Positions 30,329-41,242 of a stretch of 64,000 nt of DNA are shown here, piece by piece (the first letter of the stretch is position 1; every line of letters starts with the position of its first letter). The stretch spans positions 1-64,000 of the forward strand of contig JBDLRP010000039.1 of the NCBI GenBank assembly GCA_039799905.1, in the 5' to 3' direction. This DNA is from Pseudomonadota bacterium. GTDB lineage: Bacteria; Bdellovibrionota_B; Oligoflexia; Silvanigrellales; Silvanigrellaceae. Made by a program: the position numbers and the translations under genes. The notes beneath the pieces were generated by a model. It was not told the origin of the DNA. It saw only the letters and a list, made by a program, of their open reading frames with translations, and searched no databases.

Positions 30329-30347
30329 GGTATCAGTTTCCGATACC
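30329..30347. promoter_or_regulatory. Palindromic operator candidate GGTATC-N7-GATACC
   Basis: Inverted repeat ggtatcagtttccgatacc in the intergenic region downstream of the HTH regulator. Confidence 0.5.
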
Positions 30348-30417
30348 GACCAAATTCCCTCTCCCCTCTAAATGCATCGTTAGCTACTCAGCCAATGTAC
30401 TCGGGACAGAACGCCTT

Positions 30418-31146
30418 TTGCATCTCAAAAGCTTGTCCCTCAGACTCGGAATGAAATTTGACAGGAGACAAGCAATGTTCAGCTTTTTGGGCCGCGGACT
30501 CGTTGCGTTTTCGGATCTGACAAACGTGTTTCTGGGTGACGACAAACTGCATTTCAAGAGCCTCAAGACCGAGCGCGACTACTCGACGCTTCAACGCTCT
30601 TTTGAGGAAGCCGACGGCATCCGTCTGCCTGTCGAATATTTGAAACAAGGGCGCGCCTATGTGTGCTTCGACGACCAGCTCAAACCACAAGGCGGCTTTG
30701 CGCTGATCGACAAAGGGCCCTTCCGCTCTCTCGAGCAGATACCCGATGATGTTCTCAAGCCGGTTGAAACAGCCATGACCGAAATCACCGCCGTTTGCCT
30801 CAACCGCAGCAATGCACTACGGCGCACGCGATATTGGTCGTTTGTGGTCGGCCAAACCCTCTGCGGACACTCAGAGCGGATTGTTTACGCCGTGGACTCC
30901 GACAAAACCTCTCTGCGCGAGCAGGTTTTCAACCACATCCGCGTCCACACCCTTTATGAAGGACCCGTGAAGAAACTTGAGGGCATGGACGAAGAAGCCA
31001 TAGAGGCCGTGGAGCTGACGACAAAGTCGCACCTGACCAAAGGCTTTTTGAAGCTCGCCCTCAATGAAGCAGGCAAGATTAAGTCTGCACTGGAAAAACG
31101 CCAGCCAAAACTGCAGCGACTGAGCCGCCCGCCGGCGCACGCATAA
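30418..31146 (+). CDS. Hypothetical protein, possible GNAT/acyl-synthase fold
   Basis: Good codon usage; GGFALI..GPFRSL.QIP...EITAVCL pattern. True start may be ATG 30451 or 30475. Confidence 0.6.
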   Translation: MHLKSLSLRLGMKFDRRQAMFSFLGRGLVAFSDLTNVFLGDDKLHFKSLKTERDYSTLQRSFEEADGIRLPVEYLKQGRAYVCFDDQLKPQGGFALIDKGPFRSLEQIPDDVLKPVETAMTEITAVCLNRSNALRRTRYWSFVVGQTLCGHSERIVYAVDSDKTSLREQVFNHIRVHTLYEGPVKKLEGMDEEAIEAVELTTKSHLTKGFLKLALNEAGKIKSALEKRQPKLQRLSRPPAHA

Positions 31147-31165
31147 ACGCACGCCGGTGCGGAGC

Positions 31166-32764
<1,599 letters not shown>

Positions 32765-32928
32765 GTGGGGTCCCGTCTCTCTGCGAGTGCCGAAATGCAG
32801 AAGTAGCCTATGACAAGCATCCGAACCGGAGGCAAGCCCCTTTTCGGAAGTGCGGCAGGATAACCCGACTGGAGGCCGAGTCAAAAGGCGGGAAGCGGGA
32901 CGGGAAGGGAGTTCGAGGCGGAGTGGTA

Positions 32929-33714
32929 TCAGTCATTTTGCTCGAAAATCAGCTGAAAATTGAGTTCCAAACCACCATCCTCGGCACCGCTGAATCCGCC
33001 CACGTGAATTCCGACAAACTCTCCGTCCTGATTGAATACAGGACCACCCGAGCTTCCGCCGCCCGCCGACATGTCCGAGACAATGGCCCCCCGCCATTCA
33101 ATTCCCAAGGTATCCAGCGAGGACTGGGCGTCGTCGTCTGTGACAAAGCCCAAAGACGTCTGCAAATCGTTCTGAAAAATCTGCGGGTAGGACAACAGGA
33201 CCAGCATGTCGCCGACCAGCGGTTTTTTCTCCCTGACCATTGGCACTATGGGAATCTCTCGCGAAAAACTGAGCCCTCTGACGTAACCGACGTCGCGACC
33301 CGAAGGGCTGCGGCTGAGCTGGCCTCCGACGGCGACCTGCACACCATCGGACCTCACAACACATGATGTTGCGCCATCAATAACGTGAAATGCAGTGACG
33401 ACCGTATCAGCGGAAATTCGCGTGCCCGACCCACTCGCGCCATTGCACAAAAGATTCACGACTCCAGCTTTGAATGCCTTTACGTTGTTCAGCATCCGCT
33501 GAGTTGCAGCCCTGAAGCTTTCTCCCTGCGGACCAGCCGGACCAGCAGCACCGGTTTGACCGGCCGGCCCCGCGGGTCCGACGCTGCCGGAATTCCCAGC
33601 TCCGCCCGAAGTTGCACCTGAGTCGGGAAAAAGCGCGGAGTCTTGGGACCCGCAACCCGCAGCCAAAAGAACAAGCACGCATGAAAAAAGTAGGCGGACA
33701 CGCAAACAGCTCAT
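32929..33714 (-). CDS. Lipoprotein, trypsin-like serine protease with a collagen-like segment
   Basis: Lipobox LAAGC, (GXY)n repeat, TAFHV, RD and GSSGG catalytic triad motifs. Confidence 0.82.
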   Translation of the reverse strand: MSCLRVRLLFSCVLVLLAAGCGSQDSALFPDSGATSGGAGNSGSVGPAGPAGQTGAAGPAGPQGESFRAATQRMLNNVKAFKAGVVNLLCNGASGSGTRISADTVVTAFHVIDGATSCVVRSDGVQVAVGGQLSRSPSGRDVGYVRGLSFSREIPIVPMVREKKPLVGDMLVLLSYPQIFQNDLQTSLGFVTDDDAQSSLDTLGIEWRGAIVSDMSAGGGSSGGPVFNQDGEFVGIHVGGFSGAEDGGLELNFQLIFEQND

Positions 33715-33732
33715 AACGTGCCTCCGTCAGGC

Positions 33733-34434
33733 TTAGAGAGGCTCTTCAGACAGCGGATACGCCTGCTCGGGATAATCTGTGAAGTTACCATTCACATCAT
33801 GAGCGACCTTTACGACGGGCGTGGCTGAAGAGAAATCAACCTTGAACCTCAAACGCTCATTACTGCCAGTCGAAATCTTGAAGATTCTCTCAGTCTGAGT
33901 TCTGGAGTTACTAATGACACCTGAATGCGTAAAGTCAACAGAATAAAAATTATCTCCAGGCCCCGAAGAAGTTAATGTGGATGTAAAGTAGTGGCCGGAA
34001 AACGAAAACCAGCTACTCCCGTTGGCATATTTCACAACTTCAATATCGCCGATTTTGATTATCACCTCTTCAGTCTCAGATACATCTGGCTCACCAACGA
34101 ATGAATCAACATGAAAATTCCATCGCCCGACAATTTCAAATGAATCCTTAGGAAGTATGTCCGCAGCCGCCCATGCACTGTTTTCACAAACGTAGAATTT
34201 CTTTTCAGCCCTAACGTATCCCAGCGATCCAGTGCGTGCGTCGTTGCATGTCGGAAGAGCCGACACCGAAGCCACAGAAAACGAAACTGGAGAGGTACTG
34301 TCCGTTTGGACGCTTCCTGCAGGTGTCTGTCCATTCGGGGCAGCTGGATTTTCTCCGCCGTTGAAGTCAGCGCTTCCACAGGCTGAAACAACGAGCAACA
34401 AAGAGACCAATGAAAAACAATTATATGCATTCAT
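33733..34434 (-). CDS. Hypothetical lipoprotein
   Basis: Lipobox VSAC and a short Cys module LPTC...YVRAEKKFYVC. Confidence 0.75.
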   Translation of the reverse strand: MNAYNCFSLVSLLLVVSACGSADFNGGENPAAPNGQTPAGSVQTDSTSPVSFSVASVSALPTCNDARTGSLGYVRAEKKFYVCENSAWAAADILPKDSFEIVGRWNFHVDSFVGEPDVSETEEVIIKIGDIEVVKYANGSSWFSFSGHYFTSTLTSSGPGDNFYSVDFTHSGVISNSRTQTERIFKISTGSNERLRFKVDFSSATPVVKVAHDVNGNFTDYPEQAYPLSEEPL

Positions 34435-34441
34435 AAAATCC

Positions 34442-34912
34442 TCACTTTCTATCCCTGTTCATCTGCTGCTTCATCTTCTCCAATTCAATCTTTTCCCGTT
34501 CGAGCTCCAACCTCATTTTCTCTATTTCCAATCTTTTTACCTCAGTCGCGGCTGACTCGCGTTGTTCATTTTCATCAGACTGCCGCGAGCCTTCGGTGGC
34601 CAAGTAATTTTTAAGCTCGACACAAGTGTCCGCATCTTCTCTTCCTTCAGAACTTGACCATGTGAGAAGTGAACCGATCACCACATCGAGAAGTGATGCT
34701 GGATTGCCAAAAGCAACGCCCACAATGCCCCAGCCAATTAGAACTCCACCACCGATGGCATCTAAGGTCGGCGCGGCTTTCGAACTTGTGCAGGAGGTGT
34801 ACTCAAGTTGAGGCCACATGTAACGAGGTTCCGGTGACCTCATCAACGTGCTGCAGCCGAATGTCAGTGTATTGAATGAGAGAAGAATGAGAACGAAGAG
34901 GCGGCGGATCAT
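34442..34912 (-). CDS. Hypothetical lipoprotein with Gly-rich hydrophobic hairpin and C-terminal coiled coil
   Basis: Lipobox-like TFGC; overlaps the XRE stop (ATGA). Confidence 0.65.
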   Translation of the reverse strand: MIRRLFVLILLSFNTLTFGCSTLMRSPEPRYMWPQLEYTSCTSSKAAPTLDAIGGGVLIGWGIVGVAFGNPASLLDVVIGSLLTWSSSEGREDADTCVELKNYLATEGSRQSDENEQRESAATEVKRLEIEKMRLELEREKIELEKMKQQMNRDRK

Positions 34913-35241
34913 GTCTTTTCACTCCTCACTGCAATGACATCGGCCGCATCTAAAGCGGCACTAACGTCATCAATTGTTTCAAGCTTCAAACGAAGAAAAA
35001 CCTCAAACGACTTGCGCTTCTGAGTTTGAGCCTCGGGATGAGTATCATCGCCGAAAATCAGGTATTCAAAAGTCACTCCAAAGTGGTGTGCAACTTTCCG
35101 GACATCGGACAATGACCTAGGTGCGGAACCTGCAAGCCATGTTTTCAGCGTTCCCTCGGGAATCGAGGCCTCGTCTGAAAGACGTTTTGTCGTCATATCT
35201 CTCTGACGCATGAGTTTTCTCAGGTTCGCTGCAAGACGCAT
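34909..35241 (-). CDS. XRE-family HTH regulator
   Basis: NLRKLM...LSDEASIPEGTLKTWLAG...VAHHFGVTFEYL motif. GGAGGAG RBS. Confidence 0.88.
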   Translation of the reverse strand: MRLAANLRKLMRQRDMTTKRLSDEASIPEGTLKTWLAGSAPRSLSDVRKVAHHFGVTFEYLIFGDDTHPEAQTQKRKSFEVFLRLKLETIDDVSAALDAADVIAVRSEKT

Positions 35242-35553
35242 TCCCGGTCTCCTCCAGTGGTGGTTGCTTCGGATAGAAATATTGTTCCTGTAACGAAAGA
35301 CTCATAATCGACAAATATGGATTGATCAAAAACCAAAACCTATTCTCTCAATTCCTGCCGTCTTCCAGAAACGATCGAAAAATCCTTAGTATTTGAGACA
35401 CAGAGGTTTTCTTAGTAAAAAGGACCTTCTGGATTGAACTGAAACTTTCAAAGACGGCACTGAAACTAAAGTTCAGATGGGCTCTGTAGAGAACCGACTC
35501 TAGCTTCAATAGAAGCGAAAATCCGCCAGGTACAACGTCAGAGGATTGATCAA

Positions 35554-36150
35554 ATGAAAAGTAGAGTGGTTATGAAGGCTCTTCCAATGACTTTGAGTGC
35601 GCTAGCGCTGGTGACAACCGCCTGTGGAAACGCACTCACGAGCGGCATCCTGACCTCAGACAACAACACGGGTAGCGACTCCGGCTCCGGCAGTCAGGAT
35701 TGGACTCAGGCCGGCAGCGCAGCGACAGTGAGAAGCGGCAACTACAGCTTTGTCTACACGGACCCAACTTTCCGCTGCACGGATGGTGCCTCGGGAGTTG
35801 GCCAGGGTGGCGCAATGCAAATGGCAGTCGACGTCAGCGGGGGCTATTTAACAATGCGGCAAAATGCAGTCTCGGCGAGTTCATCGCAACAAAAAGCATC
35901 AACGACCGGCACCCGAGTTATATCCTCAAGTGACCCGACCGGTCCGGTTAGCGCAACCGGTGCTTTTGTTGCGACGAGTTCGACTTTGTTTGACGACGCA
36001 AAATACGGTTACATCAGGACCACTTACAAAATAGATGGAAGATTCTCCGGCAACTCTTGGAGCGGCAAATACGAATTTCAGGCTTTCTTTGAAGACATGG
36101 ACGTGAGTTGCACCTATTCCTCGACCTTCACAGGATCCCTTACACTTTGA
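35554..36150 (+). CDS. Hypothetical lipoprotein
   Basis: Lipobox TTAC, Ser/Gly/Thr-rich beta domain, GAGG RBS. Confidence 0.75.
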   Translation: MKSRVVMKALPMTLSALALVTTACGNALTSGILTSDNNTGSDSGSGSQDWTQAGSAATVRSGNYSFVYTDPTFRCTDGASGVGQGGAMQMAVDVSGGYLTMRQNAVSASSSQQKASTTGTRVISSSDPTGPVSATGAFVATSSTLFDDAKYGYIRTTYKIDGRFSGNSWSGKYEFQAFFEDMDVSCTYSSTFTGSLTL

Positions 36151-36181
36151 TGTAGTGAACCCCAATAAAGCTTCTCATGCG

Positions 36182-37102
36182 CTAAGCCGATAAAACCTTA
36201 AAAACATTCTCCCGATGCCATTTTAGGTACTCCGCTGCAGGGCGAGCCTCCTCGTCGGCAGGAACCTGAGCCAGCGACACCCCTGTTCGAATTTGATGAG
36301 ATTCATGACTCCAGCTGTTGGCGAGTCGGGAGACTTCGATTGTTTGATCGTGGTGGATAGTGAATATGCCAAGGTCGAATAGCTTATGATGCTGATAGCA
36401 GAGCGCCAAACCGTTGTTCACTTCACCAGGTCCACCCATGGCATGCCAGCGGATGTGCGCTGCCTCGACACCAATTTTCTTGTCGGCAAGGCTCAGACCA
36501 AAGCCACACAAAGCACACCGGTACTGGTAAGCAATGAGGACCTCTTGCCTGAACGACGCTGGTCGTGGGGCCTTGCTCACCTGCCAAGTGACAACCGTTG
36601 GGGCGCGCAGGGTTGCAGGGGCTGCATCTGCGAGCACAGTGAGTATTTCTTCAAAAATGGACTCGGGAAAATGTTTCGCGAGGATGTGATTGACGAGCCG
36701 CTCCGCGCACTGAGGGTTCTTTCTGAGGAATTGATAATCAGCCTTTGGAAAAGCCCCCCAAATACCTTCACGCCGTAAGAATGCTGCCGATGGCTCTATG
36801 TCGAAGGCGATATCCTCTTTCTTGCCTTGTCCCAGGATCCAGAGGTCGTCGTTCTTCAGGTAGAAAAAAGGAAATTCGGGGCGTGGCTTCCTGTTCCCAG
36901 CGATCTCCAACAGACTTCGCAGGCGGGCCTCTTCTTCAGCGAAAAGAATCTCACGTCTTGAACCGGCGGCAGCTTTGGTCAAGGCGAGAAGCAAAAGCAA
37001 TGGTTTGTGAGGCGCCCTGAGCCCATTGGCCGAGAATTGGCCAATAGCATCTATTCTTTGAATGAGGTCCTGCTCGTGTTCTGCTGCATTCATAGTTTGC
37101 AC
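36182..37102 (-). CDS. SBD-HNH endonuclease (putative phosphorothioate-dependent type IV restriction enzyme)
   Basis: N-terminal RAPHKPLLLL and PEFPFFYLKNDDLW motifs. C-terminal CALC...EAAHI....GG....NGLALC..HHKLFD HNH motif. Confidence 0.8.
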   Translation of the reverse strand: MQTMNAAEHEQDLIQRIDAIGQFSANGLRAPHKPLLLLLALTKAAAGSRREILFAEEEARLRSLLEIAGNRKPRPEFPFFYLKNDDLWILGQGKKEDIAFDIEPSAAFLRREGIWGAFPKADYQFLRKNPQCAERLVNHILAKHFPESIFEEILTVLADAAPATLRAPTVVTWQVSKAPRPASFRQEVLIAYQYRCALCGFGLSLADKKIGVEAAHIRWHAMGGPGEVNNGLALCYQHHKLFDLGIFTIHHDQTIEVSRLANSWSHESHQIRTGVSLAQVPADEEARPAAEYLKWHRENVFKVLSA

Positions 37103-37407
37103 TCAATTTATTTTTCTCGATCGTAACAGCAAAAGAGCAAGAGTGGGAGGCGGGGCAAAATACTGTGAAGAAAACGAGTCTTACAGGGAGTAAAATGTCA
37201 AATACGAAATCATCAGCGACGGCTTTGCAAAGCCTTTTGGCGAGTACTTTTTGATTTAGGAGACGTCGGTCTTGCTCATGTCGAATTCACGGAGTTTTGT
37301 CTTCTGTTCGGTTGCACTCTTACAGCAAACAGTCGAAGCGATTCTTAGCCAGAGAATTTTCGATCAATTGATCGAATTTCGGAAGCTATTCGATTTTTAC
37401 CTTGAGC

Positions 37408-38376
37408 CTATAAAAGCTTTTCGAGTTCCTCAGTGCTCAGTTTGAGCACCCGACAGACAACCGCCTTCTCTATTCCTTCGGCGATCATTGCGCGGGCAAC
37501 AGCAATTTTATGCTCTTCACGCCCTTCCTCACGCCCTTCCTCGCGGCCCCTCTTTAATGCTCCGCCCATTTCCAAGGCATGTGCGACACGCGCTTCATCG
37601 ATCGCACGCTGCTGCATAGCAAGCTTGTCATCTGCCGAATAACCTTCAACTTTCTTTTTGAGGTCTGAGAACATTGAGAATTCTCCTGCAACCCGCTCCC
37701 ACACGCCAACCGTCTGGGGCAACATAAAATCGACCCACCCCTGTAATATCGGATCTTCTCCTGAGCCGGAAGAGACGAGTTTGCCCAATTCGATGAAATG
37801 AAGCTTTGGGGATGTCGGATGAAGGATCTCCTTTTCAGCTGCCTGCCCACCCGTCTGGCAAAACTCAAAAGACAAGTGCGCTTGGGACCTTTCACGAAAG
37901 TATTCGCCTTCAATGAGAAATATAACAACGCATTCTGGAAGCAGCTGATAAGGGCTACCGGACTTCACAGACTCTGAGACAAGTCTCGACACGTAATAGA
38001 CCGCGCGCTGCTCCAGCTCCGTCGGCCTGCCACTTTGAATCTCGACGTCGACTATCACGCCATCGGCAGATTTCACGAGCAGATCAAGCCGGACTGCTTT
38101 CTCACCTTCTGCATTTGGAGCAACTTCGGTGTTGAGAAATTCAAGTTCGATGTATGGTCGAGCTGGGTTTAGGATTCTATTGAGCAAATCCAAAAGAGCG
38201 TCGGGAGAATCGGTCATCAACCTCTTAAAAAGGAGGTCGGCCGTTGGACGAATTAAACCCAGAGAATCGAAAACAGCGAGTGCCCGTTGCACAGCCACTG
38301 CAGCTGAAACGGGTGTTTCTGGTCTCATTGAGTTTTCTTCATTGTGTCTGGTCAAAATCGGTTTGTCGTGTGTCAT
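37408..38376 (-). CDS. Rpn family recombination-promoting nuclease / putative transposase (PD-(D/E)XK)
   Basis: D.LFK, RLDLLV...VDVEIQ, RAVYY and FIEL.K motifs, with C-terminal (REEG)n repeats. Start may be ATG 38328. Confidence 0.88.
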   Translation of the reverse strand: MTHDKPILTRHNEENSMRPETPVSAAVAVQRALAVFDSLGLIRPTADLLFKRLMTDSPDALLDLLNRILNPARPYIELEFLNTEVAPNAEGEKAVRLDLLVKSADGVIVDVEIQSGRPTELEQRAVYYVSRLVSESVKSGSPYQLLPECVVIFLIEGEYFRERSQAHLSFEFCQTGGQAAEKEILHPTSPKLHFIELGKLVSSGSGEDPILQGWVDFMLPQTVGVWERVAGEFSMFSDLKKKVEGYSADDKLAMQQRAIDEARVAHALEMGGALKRGREEGREEGREEHKIAVARAMIAEGIEKAVVCRVLKLSTEELEKLL

Positions 38377-38617
38377 CGATCCTGTGCCCTCTCGAAGGTT
38401 GGAGCACGTACGCTGTTATTGCAGGAGTGAATTTTCAAATGGGCTCTGATTTGGACATAAATCTTTGAGCAATAAGTTAATTTCAAGGCAAGTCGCGGGA
38501 TATCCAAGAGGATGCCACTCACCTGACTCTAAAAGAAGCCTCCACTTGCAAGAATTCGAAGATGCGGCAAAGTACAGGGATTTCCACTGCCAAGCTTCAA
38601 GATGACGGGAATCCACG

Positions 38618-39109
38618 ATGACAAATCAATCTAGGCCGGAAAGAAACTATCGAGTTGAACAGTTGCCGCCTGAGAAGACGCACATCGCAAGAAACCTTCT
38701 TCAGGCCTACGAGGCAGAATTTTCGGCAGTCACCAACAAAGTGCCCGATGCGGACGGCGTTTTTCCGTTGGATGTCGAGTTGAGCCTCTATACGGTTTAT
38801 CTCTTGAAAGATGGTGAAGCTCCCATTGGTCTTGCGCTGAAGGGCACGTGTAACGACAGACACGACATTGCAGATTTTTATATCATACCGCGTTATCGCG
38901 GCGAGGGTGCCGGTTTCTTCCTGGCGTCGCATGTCGTGAAAAAATACAAAGGGCTCTGGCAGGCAAGGCAAATCGATGGCTACAGTCAGGGAAGAGGTTT
39001 TGCGATTGGGGCTCTCAAAAAGATTCTCGACGGAGCCAACTTCGAAGAAGAAAAAATCGTCGACCCTTACTGGGGGCCAATCACAATCCAGTATTTTGAA
39101 AGCAAGTAG
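38618..39109 (+). CDS. GNAT N-acetyltransferase
   Basis: DFYIIPRYRGEGAG acetyl-CoA motif A and GLWQARQI. Confidence 0.82.
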   Translation: MTNQSRPERNYRVEQLPPEKTHIARNLLQAYEAEFSAVTNKVPDADGVFPLDVELSLYTVYLLKDGEAPIGLALKGTCNDRHDIADFYIIPRYRGEGAGFFLASHVVKKYKGLWQARQIDGYSQGRGFAIGALKKILDGANFEEEKIVDPYWGPITIQYFESK

Positions 39110-39179
39110 GATTTCGGAGAGCTGCAAAGCTTGCTCCTTCACCGCTCTGGGTTTGGTTTCAAAAAACCCCGTCTGATCA

Positions 39180-40180
39180 GTTCGTCCTCGATGAATTCAA
39201 CCAACGGCGCGGGCCGACATTTGGCTCCCGCCGTTTTCGCCTGTCCGCGTGATTCTCTGAGAACGTGCGCAATCTTGAGATCGTTGACTGTGGAGCCCTG
39301 CGGAAGGTTGGCAATAATCTCCCGGAGCGTGGCTTCGGTGATTGCAAAGATTTCGCATTGCTTTTGGTGAAGATGGCAAGGCAGCTGGGCTACCGTGCCG
39401 ACGTAGCACTGATTCATCGCGGCGAGCCTGAATTCGACCCCACGTCGTTGGCGATGCCCCGTCACTTCAATCATATGCTCACGCGGATCGTGGACGAAAA
39501 CGGAAAAACCCACTGGATCGATCCAACAAACACTTTGCATGACGCGACCCACGTCAACCGCGATATTGCCGACCACCCTGCCCTGATTGTTTCCGAGACG
39601 ACGCGGGAGCTCGCCAGAACACCTGCAGAGTTGCCTGAAATGAATGTTCTTCGTCTGGAATCGGACTTTGAATTTTTGGGAGAAGACAATCTTCTTATGA
39701 ACACGAGTATTCAGGGCTCCGGCGAGTACGCCCGCGAGTTGATTCGCAGTGTCTCCAGAAAGTCGGAATCGCAGAGAAGGGACTTCATACTGAGAATCTT
39801 TTCAGCGGACCGCCCGTTGATCAAGGGAGAGCTCAGCATGGATGAACTGCCTAAAAATTTGCTGAGACCCTTCGAGATGAAGGCACGGGTCGAAATGTAA
39901 GACAGTCCGACACAGACCACAGGTGGAATGGTGATATCCGTTTCAAATGAAGTCGACAGGGAGTCTTCCGGACAACTGTTCAGTTGATTCACAGTGGATG
40001 AGTGCCGAGAGAAAATACTCGTCCGAGGGAGGCAATATTTCGATTGAATCCATCACGACGGTAAAACAGCCATTCATCAGCAATCAGGAACTGAAGTCTG
40101 CAGCATTTGACACTTTCCGCAAAGAGCTGCGCAGGTGTTTGCCGGAAAAATTGATCATCTACAAGAAAAAGGCCGACTGA
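39180..40180 (+). pseudogene. Remnant of a transglutaminase-like (DUF3857-type) protein gene
   Basis: GDCKD, FNH and WIDPT triad motifs in ORF 39265-39900 with no N-terminal domain or good start. Stop at 39900, with a probable C-terminal fragment at 39947-40180. Confidence 0.65.
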
Positions 40181-40218
40181 GGGGTTTGCAGTTTTCGCTC
40201 CGCCCCAACCCGCACACC

Positions 40219-40251
40219 AAAAAAAAGACGGGCCAGCATCCTGCCGGCCCG
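40219..40251 (-). terminator. Rho-independent terminator of flagellin
   Basis: Minus strand CGGGCCGGCA-GGA-TGCTGGCCCG followed by TC and T8. A second hairpin lies at 40280-40303. Confidence 0.78.
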
Positions 40252-40311
40252 CCCATGTGGAAGGAGATAACTTTAAAGCGCATCCGGTTTTTACACCGGA
40301 TGCAAAGCCGC

Positions 40312-41235
40312 TTACTGGAGCAAGCGGAGTGCCGCCTGAGGCGACTGGTTGGCCTGAGAAAGAACCGCCACACCAGCTTGTTTGAGGATGTTGGACTGCG
40401 TAAGTTTCGCAGTTTCATCCGCAAAGTCGGTATCGCGAATACGGCTGTTGGCAGCCGCAAAGTTCTCGCTCTGCACCGAGAGGTTGTTGATCGTCGAGCC
40501 GAGGCGGCTTTGGATCGCACCAAGGTAGGAGCGATACTCAGCAACCTTCTGGATTGCGGAATCAAGAGTCCCGAGGGACTGCTGAGCGCTTTCCTTGCTG
40601 TCGACGCGTGTTCCACCGTCTTCAGTACTCTTGCCAAGGTTCAGACCATTGGAATCGGTGTTGGTGTTGAGGTTTTGCAGGTCGATGCGAATGACGTTGA
40701 CCGGATTCGCCTGACCTTTTTCATCAACTCCGCCGAAATAGTCTTTACCCACTTGAATCTCGAGTGGATACGCATTGCTGCGGTTCACAAGAGATGGATC
40801 CAAGGATTCCTGATTGCCGACGAGAAGTCGTGTTCCGTTGTACTCGGTCGCGTTGGTGATACGGTCGATTTCGTCCTTCAGGGAGCTGTACTCCTTGTTG
40901 AGAAATCCACGTTCCGTGTTACCGATCGTATCCGAGCTCGACTGAACAGCAAGTTCACGCAAGCGTGACAGGATGTTCCCTACTTCCGACAATCCCCCTT
41001 CTGCAGTCTGGACGAGTGAGACACCATCGCTGGCGTTTCTCTTAGCCATATTCAAGCCACGGATATCGGCCTTCAACTTCTCAGAGATGGCCAAACCTGC
41101 TGCGTCGTCGGCAGCCTTGTTAATCCGGTAGCCGGAAGCCAGCTTTTCCATCGATGAGTTGTTAGCCTCAGTCGAGGTCACCAAGTTCCGCTGCGAGTTC
41201 AGAGACTGAACGTTGGTTTGTATCCGCAAACCCAT
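40312..41235 (-). CDS. fliC: Flagellin
   Basis: SGYRINKAADDAAGLAIS and SRIRDTDFA...QAGVAVLSQANQ motifs. AGGAGG RBS. Confidence 0.97.
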   Translation of the reverse strand: MGLRIQTNVQSLNSQRNLVTSTEANNSSMEKLASGYRINKAADDAAGLAISEKLKADIRGLNMAKRNASDGVSLVQTAEGGLSEVGNILSRLRELAVQSSSDTIGNTERGFLNKEYSSLKDEIDRITNATEYNGTRLLVGNQESLDPSLVNRSNAYPLEIQVGKDYFGGVDEKGQANPVNVIRIDLQNLNTNTDSNGLNLGKSTEDGGTRVDSKESAQQSLGTLDSAIQKVAEYRSYLGAIQSRLGSTINNLSVQSENFAAANSRIRDTDFADETAKLTQSNILKQAGVAVLSQANQSPQAALRLLQ

Positions 41236-41242
41236 ACGGTAT

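Noticed and set aside
37408..38376. Active insertion sequence
   Set aside because: No terminal inverted repeats or target duplications seen; Rpn proteins are not demonstrated transposases.
38618..39109. GNAT toxin of a toxin-antitoxin pair
   Set aside because: No adjacent RHH/DUF1778-like antitoxin ORF is visible.
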